A DNA stretch of 64,000 nucleotides. Source: Squalus acanthias. Taxonomy: Eukaryota. Positions 24,651 to 38,409 of this stretch are shown in pieces; the first letter of the stretch is position 1; every line of letters starts with the position of its first letter. Both the position numbers and the translations under genes were made by a program. Below the pieces are notes generated by a model. That model worked only from the letters and a program-made list of their open reading frames with translations, ran no database searches and was not told where the DNA came from. Location: positions 74,214,001 to 74,278,000 of the forward strand of contig CM059430.1 in NCBI GenBank assembly GCA_030390025.1. Reading direction: 5' to 3'.

Positions 24651-26789
24651 GATATCACAAGGCTGATTAATTGCGGAATGGAGAAATGCATATCCTTTAG
24701 ATAGTAACATCTGCAGGTGTAGCTGTAAGCAGAAATGGTGACATGAAGTAAGAGGCTGAAGTTACAGAATAACATGATGGGAGCTTAAAAAGATTGTGCA
24801 TGAGCTCACAAGTCCATAATTCATAGTTTTTTTGACAGCTAGAAAAGTCGAATAGTGCAAGTTTTCGATGTTTTTGATACCGTAACATCATTTAAATGTG
24901 CCCATTCTTAACCTGAAGAGGATCGCCTGAGTACTAACGTTCCTAGCTATCGGGCTGAATCGTGCAACAATAGGTTTTGGGAGCAAAACAGTTCCATAGA
25001 TTGGAGGATTGTCCAACAGTGACAGGACATTATAGCACGATTCGATTATGGGGGAGGAGGTAATTGGAAAACAACTGGAATAACTGCGAGTATCTTCAAA
25101 GTAATCTCCGGTCTTCTTTCTTAAATTTGAGGGCACTTTTTGAACAATGGATGTTCTCCATTTTTTATCATTTCTGTCAAATTCCAGTAGAATGAGTTGC
25201 AACAACCGTTCAATAGCAGTCTTGTTGCTAAAACAACTCAGATTCAGAGCTAACGTGTCAGTATAACTCGTCCGTCTGGTTCCGAATTGACGGGCGAGCC
25301 CACTGGAGACAAGCATTTTAACCGTTGGAGTCCCGTACCCGGATAATAATTCCGCTATAACGCGCGACTCTGGGTCTAAACACTCGGAGGACCTCCAGCA
25401 TATTAAATAAACTATTGATGTAAAATTGAGTTGTACTTTTATCGCAGTTGTTTCAATTTAGCCTGTTTCCCTAAATTATCCATATTCTGCCGCTTAAGAG
25501 AAAATATTAAACTGTGTGTACTATCACCAGAGTTTAAAATTGTCCCGATCAACCGTATACCAGCATGAAAATGCGGTAGCTTTTTAACCTTTTAACCCAA
25601 CGACATCTCACCGTAACATCGGGGAATATCGGCCTCCATCCCGAGGAAATTCTATCCCTTATTATTGTAGCAGCTTCCCCAGGTCATAACAAATTTTGGA
25701 ATACATTTTATTGAGAAGTTCTATGTCCACGTCGCTGTCAGTGATGCATTCCAACGTAGGCCGTTTCACGAAGAAGGTAAAATAAAAACAATTTAGAAGC
25801 AGGTAGGCGTATACCAAGGTTTAATTAGAAATTGGCATCTATCACAAATTTAAATTAAAAATACTTGAGTTAGTGAGAATAAATTTAAAGTAATTTATTG
25901 TAATTAACCGACCTGTATAATTATTTGGTGTCGCAAACAGTCCATTATTGAGCGGTTGTTGTAATTAATTCTCCTGGAATTTCCACAGCGTTTCTTCCCA
26001 GCTCCCGCGGTAACATGGGCGGAAAATCGAAGGGAACCTCTGAGAAGGCCACAGCGAATAATTACTTGTCCTCATTATGCCCTCATGAGTTGCGACATTA
26101 GGAGGGTCACAGCAGGGGTGTGTAGTGGAGCATTAGCGATGTCTCCAGTCTGTTGCTGCATATCAATGCGTCAATGTCTGAGCAGAGTTTAGCAATAAAC
26201 TAACATGCTCCAGCTGAGAGAATAACAGCTTTGTTTTGTTATTGATTGCAAAGAACGCGAGCAATTCTGCAGCTTTCCGACAGAATCTGAATATGCTGGC
26301 AGTCTGTACATTTATAAAACTTAGCTTGTCAAGTGATAGCATCTATAAGCGAGCAAAAATATCAAACAACAGTGGAAAAATCTTGCAGGTGTTGACGTGA
26401 GGTCAGCTCTGGAATGTTTCCATTTGGTTTTATGCTTGGTTTTATTCTCATTTGAATAGCTCGGTTTACACAATAAGCTGCTGTGCAGACGTTTTCTGTG
26501 TTTCAGTTTATGTTTCTAGCATTATGCCTCCAATGAGTGTTGTTCGTTCTTGTATTTTGTGTGTAAATACTAAACCGCAAGGACAGCGTTTGATGTTATC
26601 TCGCATGCGCCTCAATGTAAGACTTGATAGTGTTTTATTTATCTTCCAATTATTAGTGTATTATCAACATCTATTTCAAAAGCAATTCGGGGTCAATGTT
26701 TATTTTTGTGGCCTCGGAACAGAGTTTCATGTATCGGAAATTTGTGTTTGCATCCAGTACTCGGCTCCCATATAAGACTTACAAAGTAG

Positions 26790-27310
26790 ATGTGCAAGAA
26801 GCAAATGCCATAAAAAACCAGATGAGATTTGCGGTTTTATTCATTCGAGAACTAAATTAAAAATAAATCAAGCCGTGTTGATTTTGCACAAAGCATGAGT
26901 CGAGTCACATTTGGAGCATCGCGTGGTGCTCTGGCCCTTCCTTGTCTCACAGTGTTTTGATTGTTTTGAAAGCGAACTGTGAACATCTAGTAGCGTGGTG
27001 TTCAGAACAAGAGATTGGACCCGTAAGGAACTATTCAGGTGAACTTCTCCTTCAGTGGAACTGAGAAGAGTGACGAAGACCTAAGAACGCCTTTTAAAAT
27101 TCGGAAAGCTTCTGATAGGTAGACTAGTGACAGAATGATACTTTTGGTAACAAGGAACACGGACTGAGAATTATCACTAATAGACTTTGGGGGTGGTTAG
27201 GGATGTTCCACACCGAGGTATATCAGAATATAGAATCCTTAAACACAGTTGGCGATTGTATCTCACTTTAATTAAAAAATAGAGAACTATATGGAAAGGA
27301 AGAATAAAAA
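26790..27310 (+). mobile_element. Highly degenerate CR1 3' fragment
   Basis: Residual similarity to the CR1 RT C-terminus (cacatttggagcat.., ctgataggtagac). Confidence 0.5.
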
Positions 27311-28154
27311 AGTTGTATATTAAATTCCTTCCCACGTCACATGTCAAGTGAGAGCGGTTACGGGTTCTCTTTTGATTTGTCTCTTAAGCGGAATTCCCAC
27401 TGATCCTCAATACACTAACTTAGTGCTGAACGGGCCATATAAAACTGAAAACTGAAAGATGCTTGAAAACTGCGGCACCAAGCCTTACAATGAAGAATGT
27501 CGTCCAGATGTGTGTGAATGGGTGAGCGACAGGGTCACTAATTTAAATGTACGTCTAAGCAATTGACTTGCTTCATGGAGAGAACAAAGTTAACGCCACT
27601 GCACGAAACATGGCAATATTAGCTTCTTAGTACTCCCTTAGCAGCAGTTCGTCGCGTATGTCCTGGATACGCATCCAGAAGGTGTACGGTTTCGTCATTA
27701 TGATTTTCTTCGTAAAATTTGATATTTACGTGTTTTAAAACCTTCGTCCGTGGAGCTGCCACTGCTAGCTTAGAGTGTTTTGGGCAGAGGAATTAACTAC
27801 TCAGCAATGTAATGAAGAGAAGCGAGGTAGGAAGCGCTTATCTTCCTAAGATTAGGATGAATGATAAGGATACCTGCATCGCAGATTCAGCATCGACCAC
27901 TTTTTTTTGGGAATCCACGTCAAACACACAAAGTATATTTTTCACATTGGCAATGTTCTAGAATGGAAGTGTGTGTGTCATTATGGGGGGGAGGGCGGTT
28001 GCGGGCACGTGATTATGCTCCAGTAAGGGTGTAAAATTACAACTACACACGTATCCTTTGGATCTCCAGCACGCAATTCCCGCGTTAAGTCAAAATACGT
28101 GGTACATTTCCAAGGGATCTACATTTCCCTTTATATTTGGGTGAACTATTCGGC

Positions 28155-28440
28155 ATAGTCATAGAGGCATAGAGTCATGGAGCCACAACGGCACAGAAGG
28201 AGGCCTTGCAGCCCCTCGAGTCCGTGCCGGCTCTCTGTAGAGCAATCCAGTCAGTCCCCTTCGCCTGCGCTACCCCCGTAACCCTGCAAGTTTATTTCCC
28301 TCAAGTAGCTATCCAATCTCCCCTTGAAAACATTGAGTGTCTTCGCTTCCACCACCTTCGTCAGCAGCGAGTTCCAGGTCCTCACCACTCGCAGTGTAAA
28401 AAAGGTTTTTCCTCGCAGCCCCCCTCTATCTCTTGCCCAA
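28155..28440 (-). mobile_element. CR1 3' end
   Basis: (catagagt)n tail; FFTLRVVRTWNSL. Confidence 0.8.
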
Positions 28441-28699
28441 ATTATTTCAAAAAGATGTAGCACCAATAGAATAGTGATAATGAGGTCTTTAATTATGCTA
28501 ATATAGTTGGAGGAAACAGAATCAGTTCCTGAAATGTATACTTAACAACTAACTTGATCAGTGTGTTTCCAAGCAAACCAGCAGTGACGCAGGGCGGGAG
28601 CTAGTTCTTGGGAACGAAGTGGTGCGAGTGGATCCTGTATCAATGGTGGAATATCGAAGAAACAGTGGGCATAATTAGATTAGTAAGCTTATGCAATAG

Positions 28700-30572
28700 A
28701 ACGAGCAACAAACAAAGCTGAAGAGACTGAAAGAGTGCTACCTTCAATGACTTGATAGGGGGATCTGGCCCAGGTGGCTTGAAAAATAAAAGATTGGCAA
28801 TTAATAACAGTAAATGAGCAACACGAGGCCTTCAATGATGAGATAGTTTGGATATACACGAAACGGAAAGAAGGCGTGATCAAAGCTCTAACTCCTTTTA
28901 TGACTTAATAAATTGAGGTTAAAATGAAGCAGAAACGGCGGAAATAAGAGGAGAAAAGCATGTATGAGAATTGAGTAGCGGTTAACATAACAGGGGGCAC
29001 AGAAGTATTCTTATAAACATGTAAAATAAACTTTTACTGTTAGGAAGGGTGGAGCAGATTCGGGACCAAAAAGGAGATTTTCTTGTGGAGCCAGAGGGCA
29101 TGGCTGGGGTATAAATGAATACCTTGCATTTGTCGTCACTATATATCAGGATTCTGTCAATGCCACAGTACAGGAGAAGTTAGTAGACACATTGAATAGA
29201 ATGATAATAAATATAGGTCGGGTACTTCAAATGTTGGCAGCGCTCAAAGTAGAAAACTAGCATGATCCAGATGGGATACATCCTAGTTTCCGAAAGGAAT
29301 TAAGTGTAGCGTTGGCGGCGGCTGTTTTCACACGCTTTCAATTCTCTTTAGGTATAGAAGTGATGACAGAGGACTTAAGACTTGCAACTGTTACATCCCT
29401 GTTCAGACTAGGGGAGAGACATAAAGCAGCCAGCCCGCCGAACGTCAGTATTGCGAGATCTTCTAGAGATCGTAATCTGAGGCAAAATTATATTTCACTT
29501 GGTACAACTATGTTAATAAATGACAGCCAACACGGATTTGTTAAACCTACATGGCGTCTGACAAATTTGATTCAGTGCTATTGTTAAATAAACTTCATCA
29601 AGTTTGATGAATATAGCCTCATTGATGTGCAAATGATCTTTCAAAAGGCGTTTGATAAGGTGTAAAATGATGGACGTGTTAAAAAATTATAGCCAATGAC
29701 ATTATGTGGCAGTGGCACTATGGCTACGAAATGGGCTTAGAGACAGAAAACAGTGGGTATTGGTGAATGCTTCATTTTCAGACTGGAGGGAAGTATACAG
29801 TGGCGTTGCCCTAGGATTGCAGACAACAATGAAGTAATGTTTTTTCGAAGTAAGTATATGGCTACTTAATATAAAATAAATAGTACAATTTTAATTGGTT
29901 GCAGGAACAGGGAGGACTGGACGTGCTCATACACAAATCTATGAAAGTGCCAGGAAAATTTGATAAAGTTCTTCCAAAATCACACGGGATCATGCATAGA
30001 GTACAAAATCAAGAAAGTTATGCTAAACCTTTATAAATCAACGTTTAGGCTGCAGGTGGTATGAAGTGCACAGTTCTGGGCACCACACTTTAGGAAGGAT
30101 ACGAACTCTAAGAATTATACCAGGGATGAGAGACTTCAGTTACGTGGAGAGGCGAGAGAATCTCGGATTGTTCTCCTTAGAGAAGATAAACATAAAGGGA
30201 GAATTAATAGAGGTGCTCAAATTCATGAGGGGTTATGATGGAGTAATTGAGGAGAAACCCTTCCCACCGGCAGGATGATCGGTAAACAAAGTACACAGAT
30301 TTTACATAATTGGCAACAGAACCGGAAAAGAGATTCAGAGAATATTTTTATGCAGCGAGTTATTATGATTTGGAATACACTCTCTGAAAGGGTGTTGGAA
30401 GCACATTCAATCTAACTTTCAAAAGGTAATGGGGCATATATTTGAAAAGGAAACATCTGCTGAGCTATGGAGAAAGAGTGTGGCAGAAGCACAAATTGAC
30501 GCCTCTTTCAATGAGGCGCTACAGGCATGATGTGCCAAATGGGATCCTGCTATGCTGTATAATTCTATAGTT
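28700..30572 (+). mobile_element. Degenerate CR1 LINE
   Basis: SQHGF..LTNLI, GLFSLEK..GELIEVLK, and the CR1 tail. Confidence 0.8.
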
Positions 30573-30787
30573 ATGTTTTGCAAAGATCCTTGCAAAGCTG
30601 TGGCAGATATATCACTATTCGGAACCCCATTATATTTCTACGTGGGATTCTCCCCATCCCTTCCTCTTCTAATTTCACGTTTCTCCACCTTTGATCCCCC
30701 GCGAGCATAACTGGAGAAGCGACAACAACAGCAAGTGGCGAGCTACAGGAAAAGGCCCTGGGTGAGCTAAAGGCAGCTGCAATTGAT

Positions 30788-31522
30788 GGCCGGTATTTTC
30801 CAATCGGAGGCTTCTTGCGTGCGGAGCCCTGCGATCTGGAAAAAAATCTACGCTCTTAACTGAGGGCTCCAGATGACCGGCCACTTCCGCTGCTGGGCCT
30901 CTGCACTACGAAATGCGCTGGGCCCAGGTATCCCAGGGGCGCATGCGGTTCGCAAGCGTCCCTGGGATCACGTGGGCCATGGGGAACCAATGGGAGATGG
31001 GAATCTCCCTTTATAATTTTGACAGCTTAGACCTGTCAAACGTATGAATGGAGATCACTCCAGAAACACATCAAAACTTTAAATAAATTTAATAAAAAAT
31101 CACGTTTTCAAAATTGATAAAATGACATTAAATTAAATATTTTAATTAAAAATGTAGTCTTTTGCAAAAAAAATTAAAGTTTTTCACGGGGCTAAAAATA
31201 TAAAAATATTTTTAAATTATAAATGAATGTAAAAAAGTTTTGTATTCACTTTTGCTGGTAAAAGCAGGCCTTACGCCTGCTTTTACCAGTCTTAAGATAT
31301 TTAAGGGATTTCAGCGGGCGGAGGTTCTGCAGACAGCGGAACTCTGCACCCGCAGAGGCCCTTCACCAGGGCAGGCGTGCGATCTGTCAAGAGGATTCTC
31401 GACAGATCCTAAATGCCGGTTTTCAGCGCATGCGCTTTGCAAGCCTGAAACCGGCACTTGCGAGGTCCCGACCGGTGTGTACACAATTCGTACACACCCG
31501 TAATGATCGGAAAATACGGGCC
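30788..31522. mobile_element. MITE copy
   Basis: ggccggtattttcc..ggaaaatacgggcc termini and the shared internal modules. Confidence 0.8.
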
Positions 31523-31607
31523 AATGTTTCCTTTACTTGCTGGAGATGAATGTTGGCGTCACTGGGGCTGTGACATGTTGTTGTCCTTTCAAAGGAATGT
31601 CGGCGAA

Positions 31608-32340
31608 CTTACAAAATTCTGAAGGGGATTGACAGGGTAGATGCTGAGAGGTTGTTTCCCCTGGCTGGAATGTCTAGAACATAGAGGGCATATTCTCAGG
31701 ATAAGGGGTAGGCCATTTAACACTAGGATGAGGAAGATTTTCTTCACTCAGAGGGTTGAGAATCTTTGGAATTATCTGCGCCACAGGGCTGTGAATACTG
31801 AGTCTTTGAGTATATTAAAGGTTGAGATAGATAGATAGATTTTTGGACTCTAGGGGAATCAAGGGATATGGAGATCGGGCTGGAAAGTGGAGTTGAGGTC
31901 GATGATCACCCATGATCTTATTGAATGGCGGAGAAGGCTCGAGGGGCCGTTTGGCCGACTCCTGCTTTTACATCTTATGTTCTTATGTTCTTAAGAGTTG
32001 ATCAAATAGAGGTTTTCAAGATGATGAGAGGTGAGTATGGAGTTGATAGGCAAAAACTATTCCCACTGACGAGTGGATCAATAACCAGAGTTCATAGATT
32101 TAAAATCATTGGCAAAAGATCTCGAACCGTCTGCCTGAAAAGGTGGTGGAAGCTGATTCCAGAAATAGTTTCAAAAGGGAGTTGTGCAGCTACATGAGGA
32201 TAAGGAAAGTACAGAGCTACGACCGAAAGCGGGTGTGTGGGAGTAATCACTACTATTCTTTCAAAGAACCAGCACAGGCACAACGAGCCGAATGGCCTCC
32301 TTCTGCGTTGTATGTTTCTTTGTTTCTAAGATTCTATGAT
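31608..32340 (+). mobile_element. Two tandem CR1 3' ends
   Basis: FFTQRVENLWN and tails (ttcttatg)n at ~31975 and ttctatgatt at ~32335. Confidence 0.8.
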
Positions 32341-32574
32341 TCCCTAGCCAATTAAATTTGTAGCCTCTCCCATCTTTTCCCATTTTCACCGCCACTTTCA
32401 CTTCATATCACTACTCACCCCGATCACTGGTCCACCTCTTCCTTAGTGAACGGTACACTAATTCCCTAGGTGCTCTTGTACACTTGTTCCCTTGTCAGTC
32501 GCCTAACCAGTAATCCTGCATTCACTTCACCAGTTCTGCACTCCCACTCTCTCCTATAGATTAGGTTACACGGG

Positions 32575-33020
32575 GCATGTTTTAAGGAGCGTCTTAAAGG
32601 AGGAAAGACAGGTAGAGAGGCAGAGAAGTTAGGACAGGGAATTCCATAGTTTCGGGCCTAGGGTGCAGAAGGCATGGCCACCAATGGTAGAGCGATTATA
32701 ATCTGGGATGTTCAGGAGGGCAGCATTAGATGAGCGTAGATATGTCGGGGTGTTGTGGGGCTGAAGGAGATCACAGAGATAAGGAGGAGCAATGCCATGG
32801 AGGGCGGTGAAAACAAGGATGAGAATTTTGAAATCGAGGCGTTGCTTAACCGGGAGCCAATGTAGGTCAGCGAGCCCTACTTTGATGGGTGATAGGAACG
32901 TTGTACGGCACGGGCAGCCGCGTTTTGGATCATATGAAATTTACGTAGGGTAGAATCTGGGAGGCCAGCCAGGAGTGCGTTGGAATAATCAAGTCGAGAG
33001 GTAACAAAGGCATGGATGAA
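32575..33020 (-). mobile_element. L2-type LINE 3' fragment
   Basis: Minus strand reads IQNAAAR..LADLHWLPVKQRLDFKIL-like; reverse homolog of 51830-52344. Confidence 0.75.
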
Positions 33021-34789
33021 ATACAGTAGCTTCACGCCTTACATGGATTTCAATGCCGAGTCTATCGGCAAGGTATCGCTCGAGGGCAGCTTGTGGAGGA
33101 AAATGGCAAATTGGAAAGCAACTTCCGGATTATTCCTATCGCAAAATCTGTCCTAATGTCTCCATTTTAAAATGTCCAGATAATTGTCCTGGAATTTGCT
33201 TTCTAAATTACATTCCTCCAAATATACCATAAGAAACACTTCACGGCCAAAACAAATAATATTTAAGCACTGAACTAGCGGTATGCTTCGAGTAATTTTT
33301 ATGGACAGGAAACATGAAGACCGCGGACGCAAGACACAAATAGACTGGAGGCATCTGATATGACTGTCAGAGTGACTGCTTGGAATTAGATTGTTTGACT
33401 TTGTCACAACACAGCTGTAACAAAATAACTGGACTTTAGAAGATTGAATTAATCATTACGAATCGCAACCACGCATTCATTGGTCACGTCGCTGCTCTCG
33501 ATCAGAATTGAGTTCCGGCATGGACACCGATTTTCCCTAGATTTGAGGCTTTTCAACGAGGTTAGTAAGGATTCAGTAGAACTCTCTGACACTTGGAACA
33601 AAGCCACGCTGCATGCTCACTAACGGTCGATGTTACAGAGCACTGCTATCGAAGCGAATTGCACTAATGCCGAAAACCACTTTAATCTCCTTATTGTTAA
33701 CCACAGTGGACTCATCTCCAAACAACAATAATGAAGTCAACAGGCATTGCGGGAGTCACTTCACCACATTAACTGCAGCGGTTCAAGATAAAGGCCACCA
33801 CCACCTTCTCAAGGGCAAATAGATGTCGCAATAAATGTCGGTCTTGACATTAATTCCTATATACTGATAATGCATTTTTAAAAAAGCATCTCATACAGAA
33901 CCACATTCAGCTGGGAACACATTGACACGGTCACTAAATTGCTGTTGCTTATATTTTAAATATGTTAAAGTAATAATTATTAATGGGTAGATAATAATCA
34001 TTGGTTCATTAATAATCATTGGTTCCTTAGTGAACTGTACACTCATTCCCTAGGTGCTCTTGTGCACTTGCTCCCTTGTCAGTCGCCTAACCAGTAACCC
34101 TGCATCCAATTCACAAGTTCATGCTATTTTATAAATAAAATGTCTGTCTATAAAAAAAGCTTCTACAGTTTCGTTCAATCTATTTGCTAAAGATTGATAC
34201 AGCTCATTTAGTTTTGGTTGTGGTTTAAAATCGATTTTGGGGGATTGTCAGGCACTGTGTTTTTGATTGGATGAGGAGTTCGCATTCGACAGTTCATGAA
34301 TATTTACACCAAATAAAATATTGCAAGTGCCATTGCCCTACTTGTGCGTTTGAAGGAGCCTATTTCAAAAATGTTTAATTCCCTAGTAAAAGCAAGTATG
34401 GACCTACACTCACTCTTCTATAAATTGGTGCAATCCATAGCCTACCAACCCTCTCTGTAAAATACTTTCCGACTGCCTGCATCCTTCTTTTGGTGATGAG
34501 CTTAAATTCATTACCTCTAGTTATCAACTTACTGATTAGTGTTTTTTTTTTATCCCACTTGCTTTTCAGAAGTCTCCATAATTTAGAACACCTCAACAGC
34601 GCTCGTCTTTGACTGGTCTAGCAAATAATTCTGCATATATTTCACGCGTTTGCATAACTAATCTGTCTCATCCCTTATACCAATTCAATGAAAATCTTTT
34701 CTACTCTCCCAAAGTTCCAGTCTTCATTCCCAAAGCAGTGCTCCCAAAACTGTATGATTAAATAATTAAAAAAAATATTTTAATATTCT

Positions 34790-35432
34790 TACGCTCGTAA
34801 AATAAGTCCCTACACCTGTTTTTATAGGCGTAAGAGTTTCACAGGCATTTGCTTGGCAGTATTTGGGCAAATAGCCCAACTTTCTTCCAGTGAATGTACA
34901 TTTCCTGGGAATGCGAATGATCTGTCAAGCTGATAATTTACAGATTGCAATTTCTGGATTTTCGTGCCTCTGCAGTGCATCCGGAAACCCAGAAGCTGTG
35001 GAGCACTTACGGCAATAGAATTCTTAAGCCTGGTAAAAGCCGTTGTAAGGCTTGCTTTTAACAGAATAAGAGTTTCAAATCTTTAACTAAATGGCATTTT
35101 AACTAATTTTATATAAGTAATAGTTTTTCTTTATCTATTTTAGTTTGTTGCAGTCATCCCCAATCATGCTTTTAACAGTTCTGTGAGAACGAAACTCTCA
35201 AAAGTATGAAGGAGGATTCCCTTCTTCTATTGATTTCCCTGGCCCACATGATCCCAGGGGCGTTTGCCAACAGCATGTGGGCCTGGGATACGTGGGCCTC
35301 TGCGCATTTCGAAGAGGAGAGGCCCAGGATCGCAAGCCTTTTTATCTACAGGAGCAGCAGGTAAGTTCGTAAATATTATTCCGATCGGAGGCATCCGCCC
35401 GCAGGAAGCCTCGGATCGGTAATTCAGGCCCA
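34790..35432. mobile_element. Truncated MITE copy
   Basis: Ends aattcaggccc; shared arms. Confidence 0.65.
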
Positions 35433-35483
35433 TTATGTCTAAGAATGTAAAGTACATTTTTGATTGCTAGGAACGCCACTTCC

Positions 35484-36429
35484 CACATACAACTCGTTAG
35501 TGCCGCATCCATCAACAAATTTGTTCTCGTAACTTAAACACTACAGAGTTCTAGACACTTACATTCTCCAGATTAAAGAAAAGTGATCCATGGAGTAGCA
35601 CACGAGGGCCCAGAATTGCGATCCGAGGCTTCCCGCGGGCTCATGCCTCCGACCTGTAAAAAAATCAACGAATTTTCCTGGTGGCCTGGGATATATGGAG
35701 ACTTGCGATCTTGGGCCTCTCCGGGTACGCGCGCGCAGAGGCCCAGGTATTCCAGGGGTGCATGCAGGGATCACGTGGGCCAGCCCAACCAATAAAATAA
35801 GGCAATTCTCATTCATATTATGCGAGTTCCGTGCGTAAGGAAACCCCATACGTATGACTGAGGATCACTTTGAAATACACGAACACATGAAATAAATGTA
35901 TTAAAAATTACATATTGAAATTAATTAAAATGCCATTTAATTAAATATTTTAAACAAAAATGTAATTTTTGAAAAAATATTTTTTTTCAACGATCTAAAA
36001 ATAAACTTACTTTACGGCTGCTTTTACCAGGCGCAAGTTTTGCTCAGGCTCACGAGCATCCAGTGGGTAAAAGTTGGACAACTAGCGCAACTCTCCAACT
36101 GCAGTGGTATTCTACCGCGGATGCGGAGGATCTGTCAAGAAGATCCTTGAACGATCGCAAATTCCGGGTTTTAGCGCATGCGCTTCGCATACCTAAACCC
36201 GGAACTTGCGAGGCATCTACAGGCGCGTATACACCTCGTACACGCCCATGGGGTCGCAAAATACGGCCTTAGATATTTACCAGTTGTCAAGGGTTGTTGC
36301 TACGTATTGGTAAGAAAGAACCTTTCTCCAGTAAACAATTATATCCTTGATGTGTAAGGTAAACTTCTCACCCTTGTTCAGTGCTACAGAGTCACGAACT
36401 GAGTGAATTCTGAGAAATATCTTGGACAG
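35484..36429 (-). pseudogene. Gene C: degenerate V exon paralogous to gene B, split by a MITE
   Basis: 5' half 36270-36429 (DSVALNKGEKFTLHI..IIVYWRK..TLDNW) and 3' half 35484-35605 (FNLENVSV*NSVVFKLR..FVDGCGT). Flanking intron sequence matches gene B. Donor GT->GG. Confidence 0.8.
35606..36269. mobile_element. MITE inserted into the gene C V exon
   Basis: gggcccagaattgcga..tcgcaaaatacggcc termini. The V reading resumes on both sides. Confidence 0.85.
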
Positions 36430-36626
36430 CTGGCGGCAATAGATATCGTAGGAGAACATCTAATTAAATACAGAATGAAGCAAAGAGTTATAAGAGTTAT
36501 AAGAACAAAGCAGAAACAAACAGATGAATGCAACGTAAAGGAAATAATTTAAAACGTGATCAATAAACAAAAGCAAAATGAAGTATCTAGGTTGTAGAAT
36601 TGCCGACAATTGCTCCTCTATATTGC

Positions 36627-36722
36627 ATTTCACCCGATGTATTTTCAGAATAATTATAAGGACCAGCAGAATAAATAGTTCCAGATGACCCGCTATCTCG
36701 CTCACACATACACGCACAGACC
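36627..36722 (-). pseudogene. Orphan TM-like pseudo-exon
   Basis: ..AGHLELFILLVLIIILKIHRVK resembles gene B TM ..FLILLLVITILK..LHRLK. Splice sites are degenerate. Confidence 0.5.
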
Positions 36723-37252
36723 CAAGTAAAAATATTTGTGAATTAATTCTGAAATCTAATTTAGGAATTAGTGTTCTGTTAAATCGTTGAAGCTCTGTGA
36801 AATTACATATAAAATAACATGAACAGGTGATAAACATAAATACAACAGGTCCCAATCAAAGATCTGAAAAATCTGTACATTAATCATTGGAGATTTTACG
36901 GACAGTTAAACAATTCATTACAATTCATTCCGGAGCTATTCGAAAGAGTAACTGTCTTCATCTAATCATTTCGCTGCTGAAAACAGGCCATGCGCATGCT
37001 TGCATCAACCGTAAAATGTTCGCAGGTAATTGCTGGGCAATTAGTTGGCAATTAACCCAACTCTGCACCAGCAATTGGTTTTTCCAATGCGGTGTGTATC
37101 ATCTGTAAAGGCGAAGCTGGACATAACGTAATTCGGGATTTAGCAAATGCACAAGCGCATGCGGAATTCCCGAACTTGAGGTCAATTTCATAGGTAGTTT
37201 GACGGCGTTCTCTCAGAGTACCCCGTCCTAACCACCGCGAAAAGTGCCCGAA

Positions 37253-38004
37253 TGGGCGATATTTTGCGACCTCCACGGGTGCGTACAAGGTGCGCACGCG
37301 CCTGTAGTGGCCACGCAATTGCCGGGATTTGGCTTGCGAAACGCATGCGCTGAAACAAGGCACTTGCGATCTGGCACTTAAATCTTATTGACAGATCCTC
37401 CACCTCTCTGGCAAAAGGGCCTCTCCGAGTGGAGATTGCGCTATTTGTACAAATTCCGCCAGCTGAAAGGCTGTGGAATTCTTACGCCTGATAAAAGCAG
37501 GCGTATGCCCTTCTTTTCCAGGCATAAAGGTTTTAATAAATATAAAAATAAAATTTTATAACTCACGAATGCATTAAAAACCCTGTCGAATAAGATAAGT
37601 TTATTTTAGCCCCGTTGAAACTGATAATTTCTTTGCAAAAATACAATTTGTAGTTAAAAATATTTAATTAATTGCCCTTTTAATTAATTTTATATGTGTA
37701 AAAAAAATTATTGCATGTGTTCGTGTATTTTTTAACTCATCCCCATTCAAACTTTTGACAGTTCCGTACGTACAGAAATGTCAAAAGTAAGAATAGTGAT
37801 TCCCTTCTTTCATGGTTGGGCTGGCCCACGTGATCTCAGGTCCGATTCCGAACCGCATGCGACCCGAGGATACGTGGGCCTCTCTGCATTTCTACCAGGA
37901 GAGGCCCAGGAGCGCAAGCCTTCGTATCTCACGGACCATCAGGTAAAACAATTGATTATCGGAGAAATCCACCGGAGGAAGCCTCCGATCGCAAATTCAG
38001 GTCC
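37253..38004. mobile_element. MITE copy (plus partial copy ~36980-37250)
   Basis: gggcgatattttgcga..tcgcaaattcaggtcc termini and the shared arms. Confidence 0.75.
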
Positions 38005-38409
38005 AATAAAGGCGTGTTCCTGCACGCTACTCCTAACAGATGGAACATGACTTTTAATAAGTGTTCGGTCTGCAGGAAAATATGTGTCAATACAATTTAC
38101 GCCAGCGTCAAGCATAAACAGGAAATCCCAGTGATTGGTTTGGAATGACGAGAGTGCACTCTGCTTGCTGCACGGTTTTCCTGTTCCACACGTTTACTTG
38201 GTTCGGACTGTATGAGCTGTAATACGTTTCAGAGGAATAATAGTCAATCAAGTTATGCGTTAATAGTAATTAAAACGATAGTTTACCAAACAAGGCATTT
38301 ATACAACCTTTTTCTGGGGAGCAACATCAAGTCCGAATGCTTTCATCAAGTCCCGAGTCCAGGCAAATTGCTGAAGGCAGCGATAAAGGGGAATCAATTA
38401 TCTGAATAT

